Shown here piece by piece: positions 35,822-45,317 of a DNA stretch of 45,862 bases. The position numbers and the translations under genes were made by a program. Within the stretch, counting starts at the first letter, position 1, and each line of letters begins with the position of its first letter. Source of the stretch: an uncultured Candidatus Saccharibacteria bacterium (GTDB taxonomy: Bacteria > Patescibacteriota > Dojkabacteria > SC72 > JAFGCJ01); the NCBI GenBank assembly GCA_964508755.1, contig CAZDUZ010000003.1:1-45862 (forward strand), read 5' to 3'. The notes beneath the pieces were generated by a model, which was given only the letters and a program-made list of their open reading frames with translations, made no database searches and was not told the origin of the DNA.

Positions 35822-36766
35822 TTACTTCGTAGGTATAGCAGACTCATCTTTCTTCTTATTGTTGGCTTTATCCTTACTACTTGGAAATGATCGAGATCCC
35901 ATACCCTTTCGGCCAACAAATCTTTTCGCCAAATCCCTGCCGAGAACAACAGGAGAAGAACCTTCGCGCAAGGGACCTACCACAGGCCTTTTTATCGGCA
36001 TACCCTCATTCACCTTGGCTGATTCCTTCATATTCTTTGAAGGAGTCTCGATCTTAAAAGGTATATTTGCAGTTCTTTTGAAAACACTGTTTTCACCCTT
36101 CCTAATCGGAGGCTCATCAATGGTAGAAGGTTTCCTGTTTTCAACATCGGAAGCTTCATTCTTCTGGTTTCGAACCCCAGAGCGATCGTTTCTCCCAAGT
36201 CTCAGAAAACCTGGCACCGGGGGTCGTTGAGGAACTACAGAGGTCCTTGTGCTTTTTTCTGTTTTAAACAGTAGTTCTTTTGAGTGTGATTCTATTGAAA
36301 TAAAGTCGTCAGCAATCTCTCTCAACGCCTTTGAACACGTTTTATCGAAAGCCACAACCTCAACAAGACAACCCAGCGACTGCTGCAAATATGACACTAC
36401 CGGTACATAATCTCCATCCCCACTCACCAGCACGATAGAGTCTACTTTATTACCTATTCGTATGGCATCCATTGCAATTCCTAAGTCCCAATCACCTTTT
36501 TTTGCTCCCCCGGGAAATACCTGCAGTTCTTTCTCTTTAACCTCAAATCCCGCGTCATGAACAGCGCTGAAGAAATCCCCTTCTCCATTCGTTACATCCG
36601 ACTTGATCACATACGCAATTGCACGAGTAAGCACTCGTCCTTCGAGCGCAATTCCCAGCAAATTCTTAAAGCTGATTCTTGCACCATATAAGTTCCGGGC
36701 AGAGTAATATAAATTTTGTACGTCTACTAAAACTGCAACCCTCTGGCTTTTATTCTTAACTATCAT
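35822..36766 (-). CDS. NYN domain (LabA/DUF88-like) protein with long basic disordered tail
   Basis: 314 aa. RVAVLVDVQNLYYSARNL ... GDWDLGIAMDAI ... IVLVSGDGDYVPVV. The C-terminal ~140 aa are low-complexity and Lys/Arg/Pro/Ser-rich. Confidence 0.8.
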   Translation of the reverse strand: MIVKNKSQRVAVLVDVQNLYYSARNLYGARISFKNLLGIALEGRVLTRAIAYVIKSDVTNGEGDFFSAVHDAGFEVKEKELQVFPGGAKKGDWDLGIAMDAIRIGNKVDSIVLVSGDGDYVPVVSYLQQSLGCLVEVVAFDKTCSKALREIADDFISIESHSKELLFKTEKSTRTSVVPQRPPVPGFLRLGRNDRSGVRNQKNEASDVENRKPSTIDEPPIRKGENSVFKRTANIPFKIETPSKNMKESAKVNEGMPIKRPVVGPLREGSSPVVLGRDLAKRFVGRKGMGSRSFPSSKDKANNKKKDESAIPTK

Positions 36767-36797
36767 CTTCTTTCCTTATAATAATAACGTTAATCAA

Positions 36798-36833
36798 TTT
36801 GAATATATTTGGTATTTTTTCCAAGTATTCAAA
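36798..36833. promoter_or_regulatory. inverted repeat in the divergent NYN / P-type ATPase intergenic region
   Basis: TTTGAATA-TA-TTTGG-TATTTTTT-CCAA-G-TATTCAAA. The outer 8-bp arms are perfect. It lies between two divergently transcribed genes, so it is a possible operator. Function unknown. Confidence 0.3.
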
Positions 36834-36913
36834 CTACAAACAAATTATAGCTTAATTCGTTACAAATGTTATGGCATTCTTACACCCCATCAGGTATAGT
36901 TTGATTACTGCCC

Positions 36914-39364
36914 ATGGAATTTCATAAAGATGGTTTAACTACAAACGAAGCATTAAAACGACTGCAGAAATTCGGACCGAATGTTTTGCTTACCCGAAGC
37001 GGAAACAGTTGGGGCACTATACTTCTTTCCCAATTTAAAAGCCCACTCATTTACATTTTACTAGTTGTAAGCTTTATTTCACTCCTCTATAACGATGTTC
37101 TTGATTTTTTCCTCATTATTTCGGTACTGATATTAAATGTCGCAATGGGTTTTGGTCAGGAATATGGAGCGACAAAATCATTCGAAACATTAAAGTCATT
37201 GGTTTCCCCACAAGCACTAGTTATTCGGAATGGAAAACGGATTAAAGTCGAGAGAAGCACCATCGTTCCAGGCGATACTGTTGTGCTAGGTCCAGGAGAT
37301 AAAATACCTGCAGATGGTATCCTTCGTGAAGGGACAGAACTACTCGTTCGAGAAGCCATTCTTACCGGAGAGGCTGAATCAGTTACTAAACTACCAGAAG
37401 AAGAAGCACGGCTCTTTATGGGAACCGATGTCCTCGCAGGTGAAGCCGTAATGAATGTGATTTCCACAGGACGGAACACAGAACTTGGCAAAATCGGCAG
37501 TGGTTTAACACAAACGGCTGAAGTAAAGACTCCACTGCAGCTATCTCTCGAAAATCTATCTAAGAAAATTGGTGTGGTAATAATCCTGCTCGCATTTGCC
37601 ATTTTTGTAATTGGTCTTCTTACCGGAAAAGACCCATTTGAGATGTTTCAGCTATCGATTATCCTTGCAATCGCGGGTGTTCCCGTTGGTCTTCCTATTG
37701 CTATTACCGTCATACTTTCCGTTGCAGCGAAAAAGATTTACAAAAAAAAAGGCTTGGTAAAACAACTGCTTTCGGTAGAAACATTGGGGTCGACGACCAT
37801 GCTTTGTTTAGACAAGACCGGCACTATTACAGAGGGTGTCATGAAAATAAAAGACTCCGACCTGTACCATCCAAGCAATGTGATTGCAGCGACGATTGTC
37901 GCTAATGAACAGCGAAGTGATATGGAGATTTCGATTTGGAGTAATCTCGAAACCCGATACCCGGCACAGTTTATTGCCCTGCAAAGCAACGTATCTAAAG
38001 TCAGTAAAATTGCTTTTTCAAGCGAGAAAAAATACTCAGTAACAGTAGGGAAAACAGGAAACAGACTTCGTACATTTATCATTGGAGCTCCTGATATTCT
38101 GCTCAAATTTTGCACACTTTCACCTGAGCAAAGAAAGACGTTAAAGGAGCAACTGCATCTCCACACAGAAAAAGGGTTACGGACGCTCGCATATATTTCC
38201 AAACAGGGCGCACACCTGAATGAAAAGCGCAAAGGGTACGAATGGGACGGTCTTTTTGCCATTGAGGATCCCCTACGAAAAGAAGTTCACGAAACGTTGG
38301 AAAAGGCTCGGGAAGCAGGTTTAGAGGTAAAAATTATCACGGGTGATCATCATCAAACGGCTCGAAAAGTTATTGACGCGATTGGACTTAATCTTGCCCC
38401 ACATGAAATTCTCACCGGAAGTGAGATTGAGGAGCTTTCAAGAAAAGAATTAGCTAAAAAAGTAGAACAGGTGCATCTATTTGCGCGCGTAACCCCCCAT
38501 CAAAAACTACTTCTCGTTGAAATACTGCAAGAACAAGGTCATGTAGTCGCTATGACTGGAGACGGAGTAAACGACGCACAAGCACTCAAAAGGGCGGATA
38601 TCGGGGTGGTAATGGGAAATTCCTCAGATATTGCAAAAGATGCCGGAGACCTTATTCTTCTTAACAATGACTTCAGAGTCATTATTAAAGCGATAGAACA
38701 AGGCCGGCTTATTTTTGCTAATCTTAAGAAGTCAGTGGCGTATGCTCTTTCAAATGGATTTGTGGAAATGATCATAATTGCAGGTTCTCTTTTTCTTGGC
38801 CTCCCCACCCCGCTTACCGTTGCTCAAATATTATGGATACGACTTATCTGTGACGGCCCTCCGGATGTCATGCTTGGTTTTGAACCAAAAGAAGCAGATT
38901 TAATGAAGAGAAAGATCAATAGAAATTTAGTAAAGAAGCGAAGTTTACTCGATTCCGTTAGTATCGAGCTTATAGCGGGTGTAAGCATTATCGTTGGTGT
39001 AGCTGCACTTCTCATATTTTCATATGTCTATAAGACAAGTGGCGACTTGCAGTTCGCTCAGACGATAACGTTTCTTTCCATTGCCGCGGTCGACTTAATC
39101 TACGTGTTTGCCTTTAAGAGTCTTCGCAATCCAGCGCTTACCTTTTCCTCGCTATTCAACAATCGTTTCATTCTTTTTGCCATGTTGTATGGTTTCACCC
39201 TTCTACTTGGAGCACTGTATGTTGAACCACTACGAAACGCCCTTGGCCTTGCACAGGTCTCCCCTCTCTTTCTCGTTATCGGAGTTTGGTTAGGACTTAT
39301 CGCAATTCTCTGGGTAGAGATTATTAAGTTTATATCGCGCAAAACAAGACCCGCTGACGTGTAA
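36914..39364 (+). CDS. P-type (HAD-IC) cation-transporting ATPase, type II-like
   Basis: 816 aa. Phosphorylation site DKTGTITEG, KIITGDH, hinge TGDGVNDAQALK, ten-helix-like hydrophobic profile. The TM4 motif reads PVGLP instead of PEGLP. Confidence 0.92.
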   Translation: MEFHKDGLTTNEALKRLQKFGPNVLLTRSGNSWGTILLSQFKSPLIYILLVVSFISLLYNDVLDFFLIISVLILNVAMGFGQEYGATKSFETLKSLVSPQALVIRNGKRIKVERSTIVPGDTVVLGPGDKIPADGILREGTELLVREAILTGEAESVTKLPEEEARLFMGTDVLAGEAVMNVISTGRNTELGKIGSGLTQTAEVKTPLQLSLENLSKKIGVVIILLAFAIFVIGLLTGKDPFEMFQLSIILAIAGVPVGLPIAITVILSVAAKKIYKKKGLVKQLLSVETLGSTTMLCLDKTGTITEGVMKIKDSDLYHPSNVIAATIVANEQRSDMEISIWSNLETRYPAQFIALQSNVSKVSKIAFSSEKKYSVTVGKTGNRLRTFIIGAPDILLKFCTLSPEQRKTLKEQLHLHTEKGLRTLAYISKQGAHLNEKRKGYEWDGLFAIEDPLRKEVHETLEKAREAGLEVKIITGDHHQTARKVIDAIGLNLAPHEILTGSEIEELSRKELAKKVEQVHLFARVTPHQKLLLVEILQEQGHVVAMTGDGVNDAQALKRADIGVVMGNSSDIAKDAGDLILLNNDFRVIIKAIEQGRLIFANLKKSVAYALSNGFVEMIIIAGSLFLGLPTPLTVAQILWIRLICDGPPDVMLGFEPKEADLMKRKINRNLVKKRSLLDSVSIELIAGVSIIVGVAALLIFSYVYKTSGDLQFAQTITFLSIAAVDLIYVFAFKSLRNPALTFSSLFNNRFILFAMLYGFTLLLGALYVEPLRNALGLAQVSPLFLVIGVWLGLIAILWVEIIKFISRKTRPADV

Positions 39365-39401
39365 GGATCTTCATACCACCTACTTTTGATATACTGAGGC
39401 C

Positions 39402-40154
39402 ATGACACTTAACACAATCCCGGATATTTCTCTTCAAATTGTTGAATACGACAATCCGCTGTTATTACACAAAAGGGTAATCGAACTCTCTTTTCCTGAA
39501 GAAAGTGAATCGCTGGCAATTAAAACGATCACACAAAATAGTAAAAAAGCATGTGCGTTCGCAGAGGTCGTCGATGTCAGCCAGCTAAAAATCAAATCAT
39601 CTCCGCAATGGAACAACTTAGGAAAACAATTATTCGTCCCGGCGGTATACAAACTTACCATACCTGCAGAAAAAATCCGCACCGCCACGGAGAATTCCTT
39701 TGAAGTCGTTCGTACAGAGACAATCGCTCCATTTCACAACCTTGTCTCCGATTTTATTAATCATTTACACACTATTGATCCACATTACTTTGCACCACCA
39801 CTCCCTGAGACAGTTCAAACATTCATTCGTTCAGTCGACGAATCAGTCACACTGGGTAATGGCTTTATTCTCATCGCCTCAAGAGATATGAAGGACGTTG
39901 GTTTTTTGTACGCTGTCAACGGAACTGAACATGGAAAAATTGAAGCGGTATTTCTACCAGAGATTCATCGAGAAAAAGGTGCGGGAAAAGCTCTTTTATC
40001 AGCATCTCGATTCAACTTCGTTGAAATGGGATGCACCCAGATTAAGACGTATGTTCCCGCTCAATGTCCTTCCCTCTTATTTTTTGAGAAATTAGGATTC
40101 GAGAAACAGGAAATACACTGGATACGAAATCTTAACCCTGAAGGTAAAGATTAG
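39402..40154 (+). CDS. GNAT-domain protein (C-terminal acetyltransferase fold)
   Basis: 250 aa. C-terminal motif A-like EIHREKGAGKALL and FFEKLGFEK. The N-terminal ~140 aa are unassigned. Confidence 0.6.
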   Translation: MTLNTIPDISLQIVEYDNPLLLHKRVIELSFPEESESLAIKTITQNSKKACAFAEVVDVSQLKIKSSPQWNNLGKQLFVPAVYKLTIPAEKIRTATENSFEVVRTETIAPFHNLVSDFINHLHTIDPHYFAPPLPETVQTFIRSVDESVTLGNGFILIASRDMKDVGFLYAVNGTEHGKIEAVFLPEIHREKGAGKALLSASRFNFVEMGCTQIKTYVPAQCPSLLFFEKLGFEKQEIHWIRNLNPEGKD

Positions 40155-40172
40155 CCTTCATCACCAAAACAT

Positions 40173-41600
40173 TCACTTTCCTCCTGACAACTTGCGATTT
40201 GACCGTTTCTCTTTCTTCCAACGGGTATGGATAGCACTTTCCTCAAGAATACGTCTCGTCTCGTCATCTGGACGTGACCCACTCATCCAAACTCGCGGTG
40301 GAACAGAGAGCATCTCTCGATCAAGATAATGAACAAGATCTGCAAGTTTTATCTTTTTTGCTGCCTCAACAAGATCAGAGAATAGATATATTTCCCTCCC
40401 CTCGAAGAGTTCCGTTGCTCGATGTTCAGCATATTCAGAATCATACCTGCTCGTGTGCGGAAAAATAAACGAGCTTATTGAGCTTTCAAACCACGGAAGG
40501 GCTTGAGGAGAGTTAAGAAAATGCGGGATATCCGTATAAAGTAAATCATAGACTCCTTGCAAAGCATCTGCCACCTTATGGCCCTCTACATCGCAACTAA
40601 ACCCATATGTTTCATAGGTAAACGCTCGAGATCGGCTATTGAATAAATCAAAACCGTAAACCAGACTTTTTTTCTCCCGTAAAATATCGAATGAAAGCTT
40701 ATTAAGTAAATCTCCCATAATCATGAAAAGCACTCGTTCAGGATAGTTATTTTTATTAGATATTTTTCTAAAATACGCCATCGACAGATACACACCCTCT
40801 TCATGATCATCGAAAAAGTAGTCGTAATCGTGAATATTCTCGATTTTTTCGGAGGGAGGCTCAAAACGCATATCAAGAGACGGCAGTGACTTTGAAATAT
40901 CTTCAAACCAAGCCAATTCTGCATCTTCTAGTGGTTTTCTCGACTGCAGTGAAAAAATCACTTGTTTATCACCGAACATTCGACTATGGTATCCGCTTAT
41001 TTGCTCAACCGTCATAGTGCTTACACTTTCCTGTGATCCAATTACACGATGGGTAAAGTGTGGTAGTTGCTTTCCGAGAATGAACTTATCATAAGCAAGA
41101 GAGCGATCCTTTTCGGGTTTGGGCTGCTGCATCATTTCAGAAAGAATTATTCCCTTCTCTTTTTCGAGATATTCTTCAAAAAGCGATGAAGGATATAACA
41201 AAATTGATCCTAATCGTTTTCGAAGCCGTTCAAAACCATTTTCATTTGAATAACCATATACATAAACATATTTTTTCCCTGTACTGGCATTTACCGATAA
41301 CAGCGGAAAGGTACGGCTGCCATACTCAAAGGTGTCAATATCTTCTTGAGTTTTGAAAATATGGCCGGGTTTAAAGAGCAGGTGCTCAATACAATGCACC
41401 GTTCCTTCAGGTACTGAAAGAAGCGGTTCAAAACTTGCTCCTGCTCGTATCACCGTTGAGAGAAAAACGTCGGTAGTCACTGGATTAAGTGAATGGAGAA
41501 GTTTAACTCCATTCTCAGTTTCGTAGACAATATTCGTAATGTTGTACCGCTGGTCAATCCAGCGTGTAAGTTCTTTCATAACAAGAGCTGATCTTATCAT
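40173..41600 (-). CDS. M16 (pitrilysin/insulinase) family zinc peptidase-like protein
   Basis: 475 aa. Inverted zinc motif HxxEH present as HCIEHLLF near aa 70. Two-lobe length is typical of M16. Confidence 0.72.
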   Translation of the reverse strand: MIRSALVMKELTRWIDQRYNITNIVYETENGVKLLHSLNPVTTDVFLSTVIRAGASFEPLLSVPEGTVHCIEHLLFKPGHIFKTQEDIDTFEYGSRTFPLLSVNASTGKKYVYVYGYSNENGFERLRKRLGSILLYPSSLFEEYLEKEKGIILSEMMQQPKPEKDRSLAYDKFILGKQLPHFTHRVIGSQESVSTMTVEQISGYHSRMFGDKQVIFSLQSRKPLEDAELAWFEDISKSLPSLDMRFEPPSEKIENIHDYDYFFDDHEEGVYLSMAYFRKISNKNNYPERVLFMIMGDLLNKLSFDILREKKSLVYGFDLFNSRSRAFTYETYGFSCDVEGHKVADALQGVYDLLYTDIPHFLNSPQALPWFESSISSFIFPHTSRYDSEYAEHRATELFEGREIYLFSDLVEAAKKIKLADLVHYLDREMLSVPPRVWMSGSRPDDETRRILEESAIHTRWKKEKRSNRKLSGGK

Positions 41601-41768
41601 AGCTGAAGCTCTTACAACACAGCGACAAGCAGTACACTTACCTGCACAAATGATCCCATAAGTAGCAAGATAACTCTTATCGTTACTCTTATTCTTTGCA
41701 GTCGTTCTGGCTCACCTTGACATTCCCGCTTTTTCGCCTAAAAATGAGAAAGAGTAAGTTTTCAGTCG

Positions 41769-42923
41769 ATGAAAATGTACCAGCGCTTAATTGCGGACAA
41801 AATCAGCAAGGACTGTTTCAAAGGAAAAGCAATAATTATTGTAGGCGCCCGCCAAACAGGAAAAACAACACTCATAAAAGATATTCAGCAACAGCTTCAA
41901 ACGAAGTCCGAAACTATTTATTTCAACGGTGATGATCCTGATGATGTCGGAATGCTAAACAAGAAAGGCCTTGAATACCTGAAAAGTCTGGTTTCTCCCT
42001 ATAACGCAATTTTTATCGATGAAGGACACAAAATCCCAACTATTGGAGACACCGTTAAGATGCTTGTCGACGAATTCAAGCAAACGTTGCAAGTTATCAT
42101 TACTGCCTCCTCTACCCTCAATCTCCTTGATAATACAAACGAACCCCTCACCGGAAGAAAATTTACCTATACCCTTCACCCCTTGAGTGTTGAGGAGCTG
42201 TTCCCTTCCCTTACCCCAGCCACATTAGAGCGCACGATTGAAAATCTCCTCCTGTACGGAACCTTTCCTGGAGTTGCTGCACAGCAATCACCTGAAGACA
42301 AACAGAGAGAGCTTAAAGAATTATCCTCCAGCTATCTTTACAAAGACATTCTTGAATTTCAGAAGGTAAAAGGCGCAGTCTCACTAAGAAACCTCATTAT
42401 CGCTTTAGCTTTGCGCATTGGTACTGAATTCTCGTATCTCGAGATGCAGGAAGTATCAGGACTTGACCGAGGAACGGTCGAACGGTATATCGAACTTATG
42501 GAGAAGAGTTTCATACTTTTCCGTGTGTATCCCTTTACTCCAGAAGGAACCAACGCGCTTTCAAAGAAAGTGAAAGTGTATTTTTGGGATCTGGGAATTC
42601 GAAACTCTCTCATTAACAACTTCAACGATCTTCATCTCAGAAACGACACTGAAAAATTATGGGAAAATTTTCTTATCGTAGAAAGGATGAAGCATAAAGC
42701 ATACAACGGAATTGAAACATTTGACTACTTTTGGAGGACCTATGATGGCGCAGAAATGCAGTTTGTCGAAGATAATTCTAAAGGTGTCACGGGATATGTG
42801 TTTTCTTTCGGTGGAAAGAAACTAAAAGAATCACCGCCAGCCAGTTGGTCTGCCCTTCAGGGTACCGGCTATATTCCAATATCCCGGCACAACGCAATCC
42901 CATTTATTTGCGGATCGATTTAA
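41769..42923 (+). CDS. AAA+ ATPase of the AAA_14/DUF4143 (COG1373) type
   Basis: 384 aa. Walker A GARQTGKTT, Walker B IFIDEGHKIP and C-terminal DUF4143-like region (YFWDLGIRN...YFWRT). Confidence 0.8.
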   Translation: MKMYQRLIADKISKDCFKGKAIIIVGARQTGKTTLIKDIQQQLQTKSETIYFNGDDPDDVGMLNKKGLEYLKSLVSPYNAIFIDEGHKIPTIGDTVKMLVDEFKQTLQVIITASSTLNLLDNTNEPLTGRKFTYTLHPLSVEELFPSLTPATLERTIENLLLYGTFPGVAAQQSPEDKQRELKELSSSYLYKDILEFQKVKGAVSLRNLIIALALRIGTEFSYLEMQEVSGLDRGTVERYIELMEKSFILFRVYPFTPEGTNALSKKVKVYFWDLGIRNSLINNFNDLHLRNDTEKLWENFLIVERMKHKAYNGIETFDYFWRTYDGAEMQFVEDNSKGVTGYVFSFGGKKLKESPPASWSALQGTGYIPISRHNAIPFICGSI

Positions 42924-43019
42924 GAAACTTAGCACTTCTACAGCTTTACACTGCATTTAGGATATTGTACTCTGGATCTAGAGTACATTCCGGCATAAGG
43001 TTACCGTTCCAGAGCAACA

Positions 43020-44264
43020 ATGAAAAGGATTTTTAACCCTCAATACTCAGCAGAAAAGATATTTCTTCCGATAATACTAGCGGTAATTGCCTTCCTTTCT
43101 ATTGGTTCCATTTGGGCCTTAGCATATAACCCCACATCCATAGATACGAGAAGTCGCGCTGTTGCTGAAGGATACGGGATGATCGTTCCTATCCGTCCAA
43201 ATACCACTGACATCTGTCGAAATCTTTCAAAATCAAGCGTTATCGAGGTAAAAGTTCCTCGCATTAATCCTCGCTCTATTCAAAGGACCGCGGATTATCA
43301 AGCACAGCTGATTTGCACTGCAAGAACGATTATTAGTTTGAGGCTTACTGCAGAACGAGCAGTAAAAAATAACATCCGCTGCGACTATCTCGGTTACTAT
43401 CCAGATAAAAATGCAGGAAGCCCTCTATCTGAAGCGAACAACTTAATACAATCTTTTGAGAGTGCGAAAAAAATAGCAGATCAATATGGCGCTAAATTAC
43501 TCGTTGCTCCCTCGGAGGAATCCATAGAAAATGCGAAAAAACAGAATCCCGACTTTTATTCTGAAGCCGCCGAGTATGCCAATGCATGGCTTATTCAAAC
43601 CATGTCCTACCAAGTAACAGAAGATGGTACAAAAACTTCAGTAAACGATTATTCAACCTCAGTAAAAGCTATTGCTGATGAGTTAAAAAGTAACAATGCT
43701 ACGATAGAAATCTGGGCTCATCTGAGTGTTACCGCAGGTACGGATGGCAGAAGAAATCCTTTTACGGGAGAAGAATTAATCTCTTATATTGAATCAGTTG
43801 AAAAGTTTACTACGGGAGTCAGAATATATGATTCACGCGACCCCAACAGACCGGATACCCTCCGCCAGATAGCGGAAGAAATTGAAGGTAAATCATTTGA
43901 CGGAGAAGATCCCTACGCATGTCAAAACAGTACAGAGTGCTCATGGTGCGGAAGCACCTGCGCACCGACAAACGCTTACCATTCCTGTCCCACGGATACA
44001 CCGCCTGCTGACACAAAATGCATCTGCAAAAATAACTCGTGTCAGACACAAAGAATTAGAATTCCTGTACCTCCTCCAGTCCCTGACCCGATTAAGCCCA
44101 AAGGCTGCGCCCTTGATTCGGAATGCGGTTGGTGCGGACGGTCGTGTTTAAAGGAAGGTGCCTTTAAATACTGTCCTGATGTCATGCCACCTGAAGGATC
44201 TGAGTGCCGTTGCATCGATCATGTCTGCACGATGACAGAGGGAGGAACGTCTCAGACCCAGTAA
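43020..44264 (+). CDS. membrane-anchored extracytoplasmic protein with two C-terminal 8-Cys modules
   Basis: 414 aa. N-terminal anchor IFLPIILAVIAFLSIGSIWALAY, central ~250-aa domain unassigned. Two tandem modules (aa 301-341 and 363-403) have identical Cys spacing and are separated by a Pro-rich linker. Confidence 0.6.
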   Translation: MKRIFNPQYSAEKIFLPIILAVIAFLSIGSIWALAYNPTSIDTRSRAVAEGYGMIVPIRPNTTDICRNLSKSSVIEVKVPRINPRSIQRTADYQAQLICTARTIISLRLTAERAVKNNIRCDYLGYYPDKNAGSPLSEANNLIQSFESAKKIADQYGAKLLVAPSEESIENAKKQNPDFYSEAAEYANAWLIQTMSYQVTEDGTKTSVNDYSTSVKAIADELKSNNATIEIWAHLSVTAGTDGRRNPFTGEELISYIESVEKFTTGVRIYDSRDPNRPDTLRQIAEEIEGKSFDGEDPYACQNSTECSWCGSTCAPTNAYHSCPTDTPPADTKCICKNNSCQTQRIRIPVPPPVPDPIKPKGCALDSECGWCGRSCLKEGAFKYCPDVMPPEGSECRCIDHVCTMTEGGTSQTQ

Positions 44265-44319
44265 CAAAGAGGCTTTATACTTTGCTCAAAAAATCCAGTT
44301 CTACTATACTCGTCACAGC

Positions 44320-45267
44320 ATGTTCTTACACGTCATACTTTACATTCTATCCTTTATAGCAATCTGGCTCGGTGCAGGATTGATAATCCAGTCAATCGAC
44401 AGGGTGGCAAAGAAACTTCATATGTCTTCTTTTGCCATTTCTTTTTTTCTTCTTGGACTTCTCACCTCCATTCCGGAGATCGGAATTGGATTGACCGCTA
44501 TTGCTCAAGACCGTCCCCAAATTTTTGTGGGAACGCTGTTGGGAGGATCAATAGTAATTTTCCTTTTTATTATTCCTTTTCTTGCAATTCTTGGTAACGG
44601 CATACGGCTTATGCACGGGTTAGAGTCACGCAACATCTTCCTTACACTCATGGTGATTGTTTTTCCAGGATTACTACTGATAGACAGAGGGTTATCAATT
44701 ATTGAAGGGTCTCTTCTCATACTCTCCTACTCCGTACTCTTGTATTCAATCCAAAGGAAAAAAGGAATTTTTGACAGAGAAAAGGTGAAAATTATTAAAC
44801 TTAATGTGTATTCTCTCGTCGATTTAGCGCGAGTCGCGCTCGGAATGGCGATTGTATTCCTCTCAAGTCAGTATATCGTGAATCAAACGATTCAGTTTTC
44901 AACTCTGTTTGGAATTCCTACCTTTTATCTTGGTCTCATCGTTCTATCGATGGGAACTAATTTACCAGAGCTTTCCATCGCTGTACGAGCTATTCTTTCA
45001 GGCAAAAAAGATGTTGCGTTTGGAGATTATCTCGGTTCTGCCGCAGCAAACACACTTCTCTTTGGAATCTTCACTTTTATGTCAGGAGGTGAAGTTGTGC
45101 CCGAAGATAGTTTTTTACAAACACTGCTATTCCTTATAGTAGGGCTGGGTTTATTCTTCTACTTTTCACGTTCCCAAAGAAATATTTCTCGTAGTGAAGG
45201 AATCGTGCTGATGTCGTTTTACGCACTGTTTATTCTGTTTGAAGTATTGAGAGGGATTGTTGACTAA
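44320..45267 (+). CDS. Ca2+/cation antiporter (CaCA, YrbG-like sodium:calcium exchanger family)
   Basis: 315 aa, about 10 TM segments. Two alpha-repeat motifs, GLLTSIPEIGIGL and SMGTNLPELSIAV (family has GTSLPEL). Confidence 0.85.
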   Translation: MFLHVILYILSFIAIWLGAGLIIQSIDRVAKKLHMSSFAISFFLLGLLTSIPEIGIGLTAIAQDRPQIFVGTLLGGSIVIFLFIIPFLAILGNGIRLMHGLESRNIFLTLMVIVFPGLLLIDRGLSIIEGSLLILSYSVLLYSIQRKKGIFDREKVKIIKLNVYSLVDLARVALGMAIVFLSSQYIVNQTIQFSTLFGIPTFYLGLIVLSMGTNLPELSIAVRAILSGKKDVAFGDYLGSAAANTLLFGIFTFMSGGEVVPEDSFLQTLLFLIVGLGLFFYFSRSQRNISRSEGIVLMSFYALFILFEVLRGIVD

Positions 45268-45317
45268 AGCGCTCATCGAGAAGGAAAACAATACAATTAA
45301 CTTAACTCAAAAATTTA

